From: Candidatus Levybacteria bacterium RIFCSPLOWO2_01_FULL_38_21
GTDB lineage: Bacteria > Patescibacteriota > Microgenomatia > Levybacterales > UBA12049
NCBI GenBank assembly: GCA_001782475.1
Contig: MFOT01000008.1
Coordinates: 1-53,296, forward strand
Reading direction: 5' to 3'
Length of the DNA: 53,296 bases
Part shown: positions 8,575-17,606 of the stretch, in pieces
How positions within the stretch are numbered: the first letter of the stretch is position 1
How the letters are laid out: each line of letters starts with the position of its first letter
Position numbers and translations under genes: made by a program
Notes under the pieces: model-generated
Databases searched by the model: none
The model's input: the letters and a program-made list of their open reading frames with translations, nothing else
Told to the model about the DNA's origin: nothing

Positions 8575-9057
8575 TTATCCTGTTTCAGAAAGTGGTATCT
8601 CGACAGGCTGGGTCTCTACAGACCCCTGAACAATTCGAGGTGCGCCTGTCCCTCCTCTTTTTGTTCCGTATTTACTACGGGAAGTTTTTCTACTATCTAC
8701 TCCCATTAAATCAAACTTGCCTCTTACAATATGGTATTTTACCCCCGGTAAATCTTTTACCCTTCCTCCCCTAACGAGTACTATTCCGTGTTCAGTAAGT
8801 GAGTGTCCAATTCCCTGAATATAAGCAGTTACTTCCATTTTATTAGATAGTTTTACTCTTGCGACTTTCCGCAAAGCAGAATTTGGTTTCTTAGGAGTCA
8901 TTGTTTTAACCAAAGTAACCACTCCCCGCTTTTGAGGAGAGGTCATACTTTTATAAACTTGATCTTTTGCATTGAAAATTCTTCTTAGAGCAGTGGATCT
9001 AGTTTTCTTCAATTTTTTTCTTCGCCCGCGTCTTGCAAGCTGTGATAATGTTGGCAT
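8575..9057 (-). CDS. rpsL: 30S ribosomal protein S12 with an internal insertion and a C-terminal extension
   Basis: 160 aa with [14 protein letters not shown] and [11 protein letters not shown] cores. About 25 extra C-terminal residues ([26 protein letters not shown]). Confidence 0.95.
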   Translation of the reverse strand: MPTLSQLARRGRRKKLKKTRSTALRRIFNAKDQVYKSMTSPQKRGVVTLVKTMTPKKPNSALRKVARVKLSNKMEVTAYIQGIGHSLTEHGIVLVRGGRVKDLPGVKYHIVRGKFDLMGVDSRKTSRSKYGTKRGGTGAPRIVQGSVETQPVEIPLSETG

Positions 9058-9067
9058 AAGTTTTGGT

Positions 9068-9097
9068 ATTATACCTTATCTGAGACAATCTATTCAA
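9068..9097 (-). promoter_or_regulatory. Putative rpsL promoter overlapping the 3' end of rpoC
   Basis: Minus strand reads TTGAAT (9097-9092), 18 nt spacer, TATAAT (9073-9068), then 10 nt to the rpsL ATG. Confidence 0.45.
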
Positions 9098-12000
9098 CCC
9101 CGCCGTTGGCGGGGTCAACTCCGATTTCATCGGACTCAACGGGAATAAGACGCCCAATAATTACATTTTCTTTAAGGCCGATAAGCTTATCCTCTTGTCC
9201 CTGAAGAACTGCTTCGGTAAGAACTTTGGTGGTTTCCTGAAAGGACGCGGCTGAAAGCCATGAATCAGAAAACAGAGAAGACTTAGTAATTCCTACTAAT
9301 ATTTGTCTCGCTGTTGCCGGTTCACCTCCCTGGGAAAGTATTCCGGCATTTATTTCTTCAAACTTAACTTTTGTTATAATATCCCCCGGGATCAAAGAAG
9401 TATTCCCAACTGTTTCTACAACAACTTTATCCGACATCTTCCTAAGAATTACTTCAAAATGTTTATCATTTATTGTTATCCCCTGTGATTCATAAACCCG
9501 CTGAGCCTCTCTAATAATATAGCGTTGCGCTTCAAGAATTCCCTTTATCTTTAGGATGTCTTTTGGGTCAATGTATCCTTGGGCAAGTTGGGTTCCTGAG
9601 GAAATCATATCCCCGTTGGAAACTGCAATTTCAGATGCTAGGGGTACAAAATACTCTTTCTCTTCCGGCGGTTTTACCCTTGCGTTTCTTATCCTTATGA
9701 TGTAACCATCCTCTGTTTTTTCGACCTTTACTTTTCCTGATATATTCGACATTGGAGCAAGGTTTTTTGGTGTCCTCATCTCAAATAGCTCCTCAACTCT
9801 TGGTAAACCTTGAGTAACATCAGACATCACGACCCCCCCAAAATGTCTGACTCTCATTGTAAGCTGTGTCCCGGGCTCTCCAATAGATTGCGCTGCAATC
9901 ACACCAACCGGAACTCCAACTTTTACTTTTCTTTTTGTCGAGAAGTCCCAGCCATAACAAGCGGCGCAAACTCCATATTCCATATTGCAGGTTAAAGGAG
10001 ATCTAACGTTTACTTCCTCAACCTCGTTTTCCAAAAGAAGTTTAAGCTTTTCTTCACCTATCTCCTCTCCCTCTCTTATTATCGGTTTTTTACTCTTTTT
10101 AGATACTATATTTGATGTAGTAGTTCGTCCTAAGATTCTGTCAAAAAATGTAGTTGTTCTGTCTATATCATCTTGTGCAATTAGAATTCCTTCTTTTACC
10201 CCACAATCCTCACCTCTTATAATTATATCGTGGGACACATCAACAAGTCTTCTTGTAAGATAACCTGCATTTGCGGTTTTCAATGCAGAGTCTGTTAATC
10301 CTTTTCGTGAACCGCGGGCTGACGCAACATATTCAAAAATCGAAAGTCCTTCTCTAAAATTTGATTTTATAGGAAGTTCAACAATTTTTCCAAGCGGATC
10401 TAAAATAAGCCCTCTAATTGCCGAAAGTTGCTTTACTTGCTCTTTTCCAGCTCGGGCTCCCTCGGAATCTATAATTACTTTTATTGGATTCTCAGGTTTT
10501 AATATCGACCATGTCTTGTTTGCTAGATCATCCGTTGCTTTAAGCCAAACTTCGTTTTCAAGTCTTTTTCTCTCTTCATTTGTTACAAGACCTTGCTGGT
10601 ATTCCGCTTCAATTTCTGTTATCTTCTTCTCGGCACTCTCAATAAGATTTTCTTTGTCCTCGACCATCTCATTGTCAAAGACCGAAACAGAAACCCCTGA
10701 AATTGTTGCACCGTAAAACCCTAAAGTTTTTATATTGTCGATAATTTTTTCTACCTCCTCCGCAGTTGAATTTGAAATTGCGTAGGTTATTATTCTTTTA
10801 ATACCGGACGCTTTAACTTGTTCATTGATGAATCCTAGAGATTGCGGAATTTGTTCATTAAAAAGTACTCTTCCAACTGTTGTTTCTATTATCTTATTAT
10901 CAACTCTTACTTTAATCGGTTCTCTAAACTTAATCTTTGAAAGAGATTGAGCAAGAATAGCTTCTTGAGTAGATTCAAAAACAGGCTGGATTTCCCTTCT
11001 TAAGCTCTCGTCTATGCTTGTTAGATAAAAAACTCCGACTGCCATCTCTTTATTCGGGAGTGTAATCGGACCTCCGTCAGCCGGCTTTAGAAGATTGTGT
11101 CTTGGCATCATAAGATTTATGGCTTCTTCTTTTGCAATATTAGATAAAGGAATATGAACTGCCATCTGATCTCCGTCGAAATCTGCATTATAACCTGCGC
11201 AAACGCATGGATGAAGGCTTATAGCAGACCCCTCAATCAAAACCGGATAAAAAGACTGTATTCCAAGTTTATGAAGCGTTGGAGCACGGTTTAATAAAAC
11301 TGGATGGTTTTTTGTTATTTCTTCCAAGATATCGAATACCTCTGCTGGTCTTTTTTCGATAAATCTTTTTGCAGATTTAATATTTGGGGCATATCCTCTT
11401 ATTATAACCTCTCTTAAAACAAATGGCTTAAACATTTCAAGTGCCATTTCTTTTGGAAGACCACACTGGGAAAGATCAAGTTGAGGACCAACAACAATAA
11501 CTGATCTTCCCGAATAGTCCACTCTTTTTCCCAAAAGATTTTGCCTAAATCTTCCCTGTTTTCCCCTAAGCATATCTGAAAGTGACCGCAGGGGTGAGGA
11601 AATAACTTGAGTAGTCCTCTGAGATACATCAATTAGAGCATCTACAGATTCCTGAAGCATTCTTTTTTCATTTCTTAAAATTATCTCAGGAGCTCCCAAA
11701 GACATCAAGTGTTTTAATCTGTTGTTTCTGTTAATTACTCTTCTGTATAAATCGTTAAGATCAGAGGTTGCAAATCTTCCTCCTGCAAGCTGAACCATTG
11801 GCCGCAAATCCGGAGGAAGAACAGGTAAAACCGTAATAATCATAGACAAAGGAGACACTCCAGCTTTGCGCATGGATTCAATAAGTCGTAGTCTCTTTAT
11901 AAGCTTTAGGTACTTTTGCCCTTTAGATTTCTCCGCTTCGCTTCTAAGCTTTATAATTAAATCTGATAGATCGATCTTACCAAGAAGCTCCAAAATTCCC

Positions 12001-12818
12001 TCTGCTCCTGTTCGCATTGAAAAAAAAACGGGAATATCGTATTCCAAAATTTTAAAGTATTCATCCTCCGAAAGCACTGTACCAATCCTTAAGTTTTTAA
12101 GAAGGTGAGACAAAGCTTCATAAATTTCATCAAGCTTTTTCTCTTCCTCTACAAGTCTTTCCGAAAGAGCTGCAATTTTTTGTCTTTGGACAAGCTCCAA
12201 TTCCTGATAAACAAGGTCTTTTTGCACTTTTGCAAGTTTCCCTTTTCTCACTTCATTCTTCTTCTCTTTAATTTCGCGCTCAATTTCTTTTTCCGCAAGA
12301 ACTATTTCATCTCTTTGCTGTTTTTTTCTTGTCTCAATATTTTTAAGGAATAAATCAAGTGCTTCCTTTTTCTTATTTTCATCTATATCTATTACCAAAA
12401 ATGATGCATAATAGATTACAGATTCAAGATTTCTCTGAGACATGTCCAAAATTAAAGAAAGGGGGGAAGTCGAACCTTTAAAGAACCACACATGGGCAAC
12501 TGGAGAGGCAAGGTTTATATGACCCATTCTTTCTCTTCTTACCCTTGATGTTGTAACCTCTACTCCACATTTATCACAGATAACGCCTCTGTGTCTTATT
12601 CTTTTGTATTTTCCACAATAACATTCCCAGTCTTTTGTAGGACCGAAGATTCTTTCGTCAAAAAGTCCATCCTTCTCCGGCCTTAGGGTTCTATAGTTAA
12701 TTGTCTCAGGCTTTGTTACCTCACCATAAGACCAGGAAAGGATATCGTCTTTATTTGCAAGAACAATCCTTAAAGACTTAAAATCTAAAATTGTAATATC
12801 TTTCATTTTTTTATTCAT
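9090..12818 (-). CDS. rpoC: DNA-directed RNA polymerase subunit beta'
   Basis: 1242 aa with the NADFDGDQM catalytic motif and zinc-binding CxC..C..C near the N-terminus. 8-nt overlap with rpoB. Confidence 0.97.
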   Translation of the reverse strand: MNKKMKDITILDFKSLRIVLANKDDILSWSYGEVTKPETINYRTLRPEKDGLFDERIFGPTKDWECYCGKYKRIRHRGVICDKCGVEVTTSRVRRERMGHINLASPVAHVWFFKGSTSPLSLILDMSQRNLESVIYYASFLVIDIDENKKKEALDLFLKNIETRKKQQRDEIVLAEKEIEREIKEKKNEVRKGKLAKVQKDLVYQELELVQRQKIAALSERLVEEEKKLDEIYEALSHLLKNLRIGTVLSEDEYFKILEYDIPVFFSMRTGAEGILELLGKIDLSDLIIKLRSEAEKSKGQKYLKLIKRLRLIESMRKAGVSPLSMIITVLPVLPPDLRPMVQLAGGRFATSDLNDLYRRVINRNNRLKHLMSLGAPEIILRNEKRMLQESVDALIDVSQRTTQVISSPLRSLSDMLRGKQGRFRQNLLGKRVDYSGRSVIVVGPQLDLSQCGLPKEMALEMFKPFVLREVIIRGYAPNIKSAKRFIEKRPAEVFDILEEITKNHPVLLNRAPTLHKLGIQSFYPVLIEGSAISLHPCVCAGYNADFDGDQMAVHIPLSNIAKEEAINLMMPRHNLLKPADGGPITLPNKEMAVGVFYLTSIDESLRREIQPVFESTQEAILAQSLSKIKFREPIKVRVDNKIIETTVGRVLFNEQIPQSLGFINEQVKASGIKRIITYAISNSTAEEVEKIIDNIKTLGFYGATISGVSVSVFDNEMVEDKENLIESAEKKITEIEAEYQQGLVTNEERKRLENEVWLKATDDLANKTWSILKPENPIKVIIDSEGARAGKEQVKQLSAIRGLILDPLGKIVELPIKSNFREGLSIFEYVASARGSRKGLTDSALKTANAGYLTRRLVDVSHDIIIRGEDCGVKEGILIAQDDIDRTTTFFDRILGRTTTSNIVSKKSKKPIIREGEEIGEEKLKLLLENEVEEVNVRSPLTCNMEYGVCAACYGWDFSTKRKVKVGVPVGVIAAQSIGEPGTQLTMRVRHFGGVVMSDVTQGLPRVEELFEMRTPKNLAPMSNISGKVKVEKTEDGYIIRIRNARVKPPEEKEYFVPLASEIAVSNGDMISSGTQLAQGYIDPKDILKIKGILEAQRYIIREAQRVYESQGITINDKHFEVILRKMSDKVVVETVGNTSLIPGDIITKVKFEEINAGILSQGGEPATARQILVGITKSSLFSDSWLSAASFQETTKVLTEAVLQGQEDKLIGLKENVIIGRLIPVESDEIGVDPANGGVE
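9097..9115. repeat. Family A hairpin ACCCCGCC-GTT-GGCGGGGT inside the last 9 codons of rpoC
   Basis: Perfect 8-bp stem read directly. Encodes ..DPANGGV.. of the rpoC C-terminus. Confidence 0.8.
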
Positions 12819-15800
12819 CTGTTTCTGTTTTTCCTTCCTCTCCCTTTCCGTCCGTCAGATGGGCTACAGGCAAGTCCTCCATTGGTTTTACCTCCTCTGT
12901 AACCTCGGGAAGTGCAACATTGACAGATTGAGGAGTATCAACTGTTGCGCCATGGGCTATAACATTTATCCCAAGTGCTGCAAGTTCTTTTATTAAAACT
13001 CTAAATGACTCCGGAACTTTCGGAGTTGGAATATCTGTCCCTTTAACAATTGCCTCGAATGCTTTTGCTCTTCCAACAACGTCGTCTGATTTGATAGTTA
13101 ACATTTCCTGTAAGATATGTTTTGCCCTATGAGCTTCAAGTGCCCAAACCTCCATTTCTCCCAAGCGCTGTCCTCCCATTTGAGCCTTTCCCCCCAATGG
13201 CTGTTGGGTTACTAAAGAGTAAGGACCCGTGGATCTAGCATGTGTTTTATCTTCAACCATATGAATAAGTTTCATAATATATTCAACTCCTACAACAACA
13301 GGGTTCTCATAGGCCTCTCCTGTTCTACCATCATATAAAACCGTTTTTCCGCTCTCGGGAAGTTTTGCCATTCTAAGAAAAGACACAATTTTATCTTCAG
13401 CAACTTCTTCAAATACTGGAATCACAACTTTTGTGTTTAGTTTTGTTGCAGCCCAACCAAGATGTGCTTCTAAAAGCTGACCTAAATTCATACGAGCAAG
13501 AACACTTATTGGAGAAATAATGATATCAACTGGTGTTCCTTCGGAGAGCCATGGCATATCTTCTTGCGGAAGAATTCTAGAGATAACACCTTTGTTTCCA
13601 TGTCTTCCCGCAAGCTTATCTCCAACTGTAACGTGTCTAAATTGTGCTACTTCTATAATTATTTTTTTAATAGTTCCTGGCTCTAACTCGTCTCCCTTTT
13701 TTCTGTCCAAAATCCGAATATTAATAACCGTGCCGCGCTCTCCATTTGGAACTCGGAGAGACGTATCTCTTACCTCTCTTGCTTGTTCTCCAAAGATTGC
13801 CCGAAGAAGTCTTTCCTCGGCTGTTAATTCTGTTTCACCTTTCGGTGCTATTTTCCCAACGAGTATATCTCCAGGTCCGACTTCGCTTCCAATAACAACT
13901 ATTCCTTCTTCATCAAGATTTGCCAAATCTTCTTCTGAGACATTTGGAATATCCCGAGTTGTTTCTTCGGGCCCCAACTTTGTATCAACAACTGCCGCCT
14001 CATATTTCCCTATATGAATAGAGGAAAGAATATCCTCTTTAACAAGTCTATCCGAAATAACTATCGCATCTTCGTAACCTAAACCGTCCAAGGAAGCATA
14101 GGCTATAAGCAAATTCTTTCCAAGGGCAAGTTCTCCATTGTCGGATGCAGGACCATCTATTATAAGATCTCCTTTTTTAACTTTTTGCTTGGGTATAACC
14201 ATTGTTTTTTGAGTATAGGAAGTAGCCTGCGAACTTCTTTTGAAAGAATTTACTTTATAAACTAATTCCTTACCGCCTTTTTCCGCCTTTAAAATAACTT
14301 TATTTGCGTCAGCATATTTAATTGTTCCATCATATGGAGCTGTGACAACTCTCCCCATAACTTCTGCAATATCTTTCTCCATTCCTGTTTCAACAAAGGG
14401 ACTTTCTAAATTCACAAGAGGCACTGCCTGACACTGCATGTGGGTTCCCATTAGAGCTCTATTTGCCTCATCGTGACTTACAAATGGAATAAGGGATGCT
14501 GCCGAGCCAACAACCTGACGGGGAACAATATCCACATACTCTATTTTTTCTTTTTCTGTTTCTATAAACTCTCCTTTAAATCTCGCAGGAACACGATCTT
14601 CTTCTATTATTCCGTCTTTTGAAACCATGGCTGCATGAGTGATATAATGATTCTGTTCATCGTCCGCTGTTAGGTAAACAATTTCATCTGTTGCGCGGAC
14701 CGCAGTCTTTTTTCCTCTTTTTTTAAGCTGAACTACCCTTCTATATGGCGTTTCTAAAAATCCGAACTCATTAACCTTTGCATAAAGGGCAATATAAGTA
14801 ACAAGACCAATGTTTGGACCTTCTGGGCTTCTAATCGGGCAGATCCTCCCGTATTGAGAACTATTAATATCGCGAATTGAAAAAGCTGCTCTTTCTCTTG
14901 AAATTCCTCCTGTTCCCATAACAGTTAGACGGTTAAGATTGTCTATTTCAGAAAGCGGATTGGTCTGATCTAAAATAGTAGAGAGCTGAGAAGTCCTAAA
15001 GAATTCATTAATTGATGCCATAATAGGTCTTGCATTTATTAATGGCCCAATCGAAACTGGAACATCGGGCTGAATAAGACTCATTCTCTCCTTAATGCTT
15101 CGTTCAAGTCTTAGTATTCCAACCCTAAATGCATTGGTTGCAACAAGCTCTCCAACGCGCCTCACACGTCTGTTTGCAAGACTATCTATATCATCAATTC
15201 CATCTTTGCCTTGAGCAAGCTCTATTAGAAAACCTATAGTCGCAGTTATGTCATCTACTGTTAAAACTCTTTCTTCAGACGATGTGAAACCCGGAGTATC
15301 TTTAAGCTTTTTATTGATTTTGTATCTCCCAACCTGCCCTAAATCGTATCTTCTGTTGTTGAAAAACATTCCAAAAAAACTTTCTTTTACTTTGTCTAAA
15401 ACAATTGGTTCTCCGGGATGCATTTTCTTAAAAATTTCAAATAAAGCCTCTTGAAAATCTGATGTTTCATCTTTTTTAAGAGTGTTATCTATAAAAGAGG
15501 TCTTTCCATCCCCTTCTAATTCTTTAAATTTTTCTCTTATATCCTCGTTTGAGGAAACTCCCAAAGCTCTTAAAAATGTTGTTGCCAAAAACTTTCTTCT
15601 CCTATCTATTCTTACAGTTATTGTCTCGTGTCTTGTTGTAGAAAATTCAAGCCAGGAGCCGTGAACTGGTCTTATTTCGGCAGTATATATTTTTTTACCT
15701 GTAATATTATCTTGAACAACTGTAAAAAACACTCCGGGAGATCTTACAAGCTGATTAACAATAGTTCTTTCAACGCCATTTATTACAAAAGTTTTCCTTT

Positions 15801-16164
15801 CTGTCATTTGAGGAATATCTCCCAGGAATACTTCCTGTTTTATAGTTTTACTGATTTTTTTGTTAAGAAGAACAGCATCTACATACAATGGGGCATCGTA
15901 TGTTAGCCCCTTGCTCATCGAAACTTCCGAAGAGTTGGCAGGTTTTCCAATGCGATAATTGTTAAATGTGAGAGTCCAGTTTTTTCCTGTGAAGTCATCA
16001 ATTGGAGAGATTTCTTTTAGAATCTCTCCAATTCCTTCTTCGAGGAACCATTTGTATGATTCTTTTTGAACGGCAAGTAAATCTAGTTTAGGCAGAAACT
16101 TATAGTCATTACCCCAGTTCTCTCGCTGTCTATTTGATAAAGTTTTTTTGTCAGCTTTAGGCAT
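12811..16164 (-). CDS. rpoB: DNA-directed RNA polymerase subunit beta
   Basis: 1117 aa with typical beta-subunit blocks (GRHGNKGV, MNLGQ, GGQRLGEMEVWALE). Confidence 0.97.
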   Translation of the reverse strand: MPKADKKTLSNRQRENWGNDYKFLPKLDLLAVQKESYKWFLEEGIGEILKEISPIDDFTGKNWTLTFNNYRIGKPANSSEVSMSKGLTYDAPLYVDAVLLNKKISKTIKQEVFLGDIPQMTERKTFVINGVERTIVNQLVRSPGVFFTVVQDNITGKKIYTAEIRPVHGSWLEFSTTRHETITVRIDRRRKFLATTFLRALGVSSNEDIREKFKELEGDGKTSFIDNTLKKDETSDFQEALFEIFKKMHPGEPIVLDKVKESFFGMFFNNRRYDLGQVGRYKINKKLKDTPGFTSSEERVLTVDDITATIGFLIELAQGKDGIDDIDSLANRRVRRVGELVATNAFRVGILRLERSIKERMSLIQPDVPVSIGPLINARPIMASINEFFRTSQLSTILDQTNPLSEIDNLNRLTVMGTGGISRERAAFSIRDINSSQYGRICPIRSPEGPNIGLVTYIALYAKVNEFGFLETPYRRVVQLKKRGKKTAVRATDEIVYLTADDEQNHYITHAAMVSKDGIIEEDRVPARFKGEFIETEKEKIEYVDIVPRQVVGSAASLIPFVSHDEANRALMGTHMQCQAVPLVNLESPFVETGMEKDIAEVMGRVVTAPYDGTIKYADANKVILKAEKGGKELVYKVNSFKRSSQATSYTQKTMVIPKQKVKKGDLIIDGPASDNGELALGKNLLIAYASLDGLGYEDAIVISDRLVKEDILSSIHIGKYEAAVVDTKLGPEETTRDIPNVSEEDLANLDEEGIVVIGSEVGPGDILVGKIAPKGETELTAEERLLRAIFGEQAREVRDTSLRVPNGERGTVINIRILDRKKGDELEPGTIKKIIIEVAQFRHVTVGDKLAGRHGNKGVISRILPQEDMPWLSEGTPVDIIISPISVLARMNLGQLLEAHLGWAATKLNTKVVIPVFEEVAEDKIVSFLRMAKLPESGKTVLYDGRTGEAYENPVVVGVEYIMKLIHMVEDKTHARSTGPYSLVTQQPLGGKAQMGGQRLGEMEVWALEAHRAKHILQEMLTIKSDDVVGRAKAFEAIVKGTDIPTPKVPESFRVLIKELAALGINVIAHGATVDTPQSVNVALPEVTEEVKPMEDLPVAHLTDGKGEEGKTETDE

Positions 16165-16253
16165 CTGATAAATTCCTGAAGATATCTTCTATCTAACAAA
16201 AAAAACACACAAGGTGTAAAACCCCTTCAAAGTGATTTTTTTGGCGTGTTAAT

Positions 16254-16284
16254 CTTATAGCACAACCTCTTTAACTATGTCAAG
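16254..16284 (-). promoter_or_regulatory. Putative rpoB promoter
   Basis: Minus strand reads TTGACA (16284-16279) followed by TGC-TATAAG (extended -10, hexamer 16259-16254). The spacer is 19 nt, which is long. Confidence 0.4.
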
Positions 16285-16389
16285 TCCCAATTCGGTAATT
16301 TTTGACAGAATTAGAATAATGGTGATGATAATAAGACTAGCTTTCAAAAAAGATCTTATAGAATGTGGAAAATTAGGAGATATACATTT

Positions 16390-17079
16390 TCAAGCACCAA
16401 GGTTAATTATTTCTTTCCCGCGAGACAGCGCACCCCAGCGCTGATCCCGATGGCCAATCCAGCTTGCATTGGCCTCTGGCTCACCGGCGAACATGTACAG
16501 CTCCGGTGCGCGGTCGCATTCGTCCCGAGAACCTGCAGCAGCTACACCCTGGTCTCTGAAAAACTCAGGATACTGTAGGTATAGCGCTATAACTTCTATT
16601 TGGGGGCTTCCAACTTCATCATCTTTAAATTGTTTGATTGCTTGCTCAACAGAATACGGCCTGTATCTTCTAGCATCATGTGTCCAAATAGCAAAGGGTC
16701 CATCAAGAATAGGGGTTATGTTTGTTATTTTGCCAGTGTCAATCCATTCGCGAATACCTGCAAGTTCATATTGTCTTTTTAAAGGTATCCTCCCTTCTAC
16801 CGGAATAAGCAAATCAAAGCGTCCTTTATATGCTTCCGGCTGGACTACACCTTCAGGAAGAGCAAGTGATCTGCGATACTCTATTTCTGATTGTCCTAGT
16901 TCAGAATGAAAGCCAAGATCAATAAAGTTATCAATTTTTCTTTTCCAAACAGGATGGGGGAATTTTTCTAGCCCACCCCGCTCTCTATTTCTTCTAGCTG
17001 CTTCACGGAGATCATTTGCATAATCAACCATCCCATAACGCTCGGCTAGCTCTGCTAATCGCTCTGCGGGTACTGACAT
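16390..17079 (-). CDS. Hypothetical protein, no family recognised
   Basis: 229-aa ORF with its own promoter. Both ends of the gene are visibly much GC-richer than the genome; the middle is AT-rich. Confidence 0.55.
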   Translation of the reverse strand: MSVPAERLAELAERYGMVDYANDLREAARRNRERGGLEKFPHPVWKRKIDNFIDLGFHSELGQSEIEYRRSLALPEGVVQPEAYKGRFDLLIPVEGRIPLKRQYELAGIREWIDTGKITNITPILDGPFAIWTHDARRYRPYSVEQAIKQFKDDEVGSPQIEVIALYLQYPEFFRDQGVAAAGSRDECDRAPELYMFAGEPEANASWIGHRDQRWGALSRGKEIINLGA

Positions 17080-17087
17080 AGGTTTGT

Positions 17088-17117
17088 TTTATATCATAAC
17101 TATAAGTCATTTGTCAA
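17088..17117 (-). promoter_or_regulatory. Promoter of the 229-aa orphan gene
   Basis: Minus strand reads TTGACA (17117-17112), 18 nt spacer, TATAAA (17093-17088), then 8 nt to the ATG. Confidence 0.5.
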
Positions 17118-17207
17118 TAGCAAAATGTTTTGCCGATGATAGAATTAAAATAGGCTTATGAAAGACTTGAAATTAAGAAAAAAAACAGAAAGTATCGAAT
17201 AGTATGA

Positions 17208-17606
17208 CTACACTTCTTCTATTATAGAATAGGCAATTTGTCTGGTTCTTGGACCATTTAATTCAACAAGAATCACTCTCTGCCAAGTACCCAAAGATAA
17301 AGACTTATTTTCAAAAACCAAAGATAGTGACGCCCCAATAATCGATGAGAGAATGTGATCGGGCGTATGAGACGGATCATGGGGATGACGGTAGGAAATT
17401 TTTGGTATCATTTTGCGAAAAGCTTCGAGAAGATCTAAATCTGTTCCGGGATCCAAATCTGCAGTAGTCAGTCCGCAGGTTGTGTGAAGAAGTGAAAGAA
17501 AGCAAATCCCGTTTTTTTTATTGGATTTTTTTATAACTTCATTTACTTTATCTGTTATGTCTAAAATCTGATCTTTTTTAAAAGTTTTTACTTCAAAGTC
17601 GCTCAT
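17208..17606 (-). CDS. YjbQ/UPF0047-family protein (secondary thiamine-phosphate synthase fold)
   Basis: 132 aa with the HTTCGLTTADLDPG...HPHDPSHTPDHI...GTWQ pattern typical of YjbQ. ATGA overlap with the upstream gene. Confidence 0.8.
   Translation of the reverse strand: MSDFEVKTFKKDQILDITDKVNEVIKKSNKKNGICFLSLLHTTCGLTTADLDPGTDLDLLEAFRKMIPKISYRHPHDPSHTPDHILSSIIGASLSLVFENKSLSLGTWQRVILVELNGPRTRQIAYSIIEEV

Noticed and set aside
9303-15906. About a dozen 60-165 aa ORFs overlapping rpoC and rpoB (antisense plus one same-strand alternate frame)
   Set aside because: They are embedded in intact 1242-aa and 1117-aa polymerase genes. The translations are Ser/Phe/Ile-rich nonsense.
16363-16909. Plus-strand ORFs (71, 146 and 60 aa) opposite the 229-aa orphan gene
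   Set aside because: The GC-rich ends of the orphan gene open long antisense frames. The minus-strand ORF is longer and has a consensus promoter 8 nt upstream. The strand assignment still deserves expression data.
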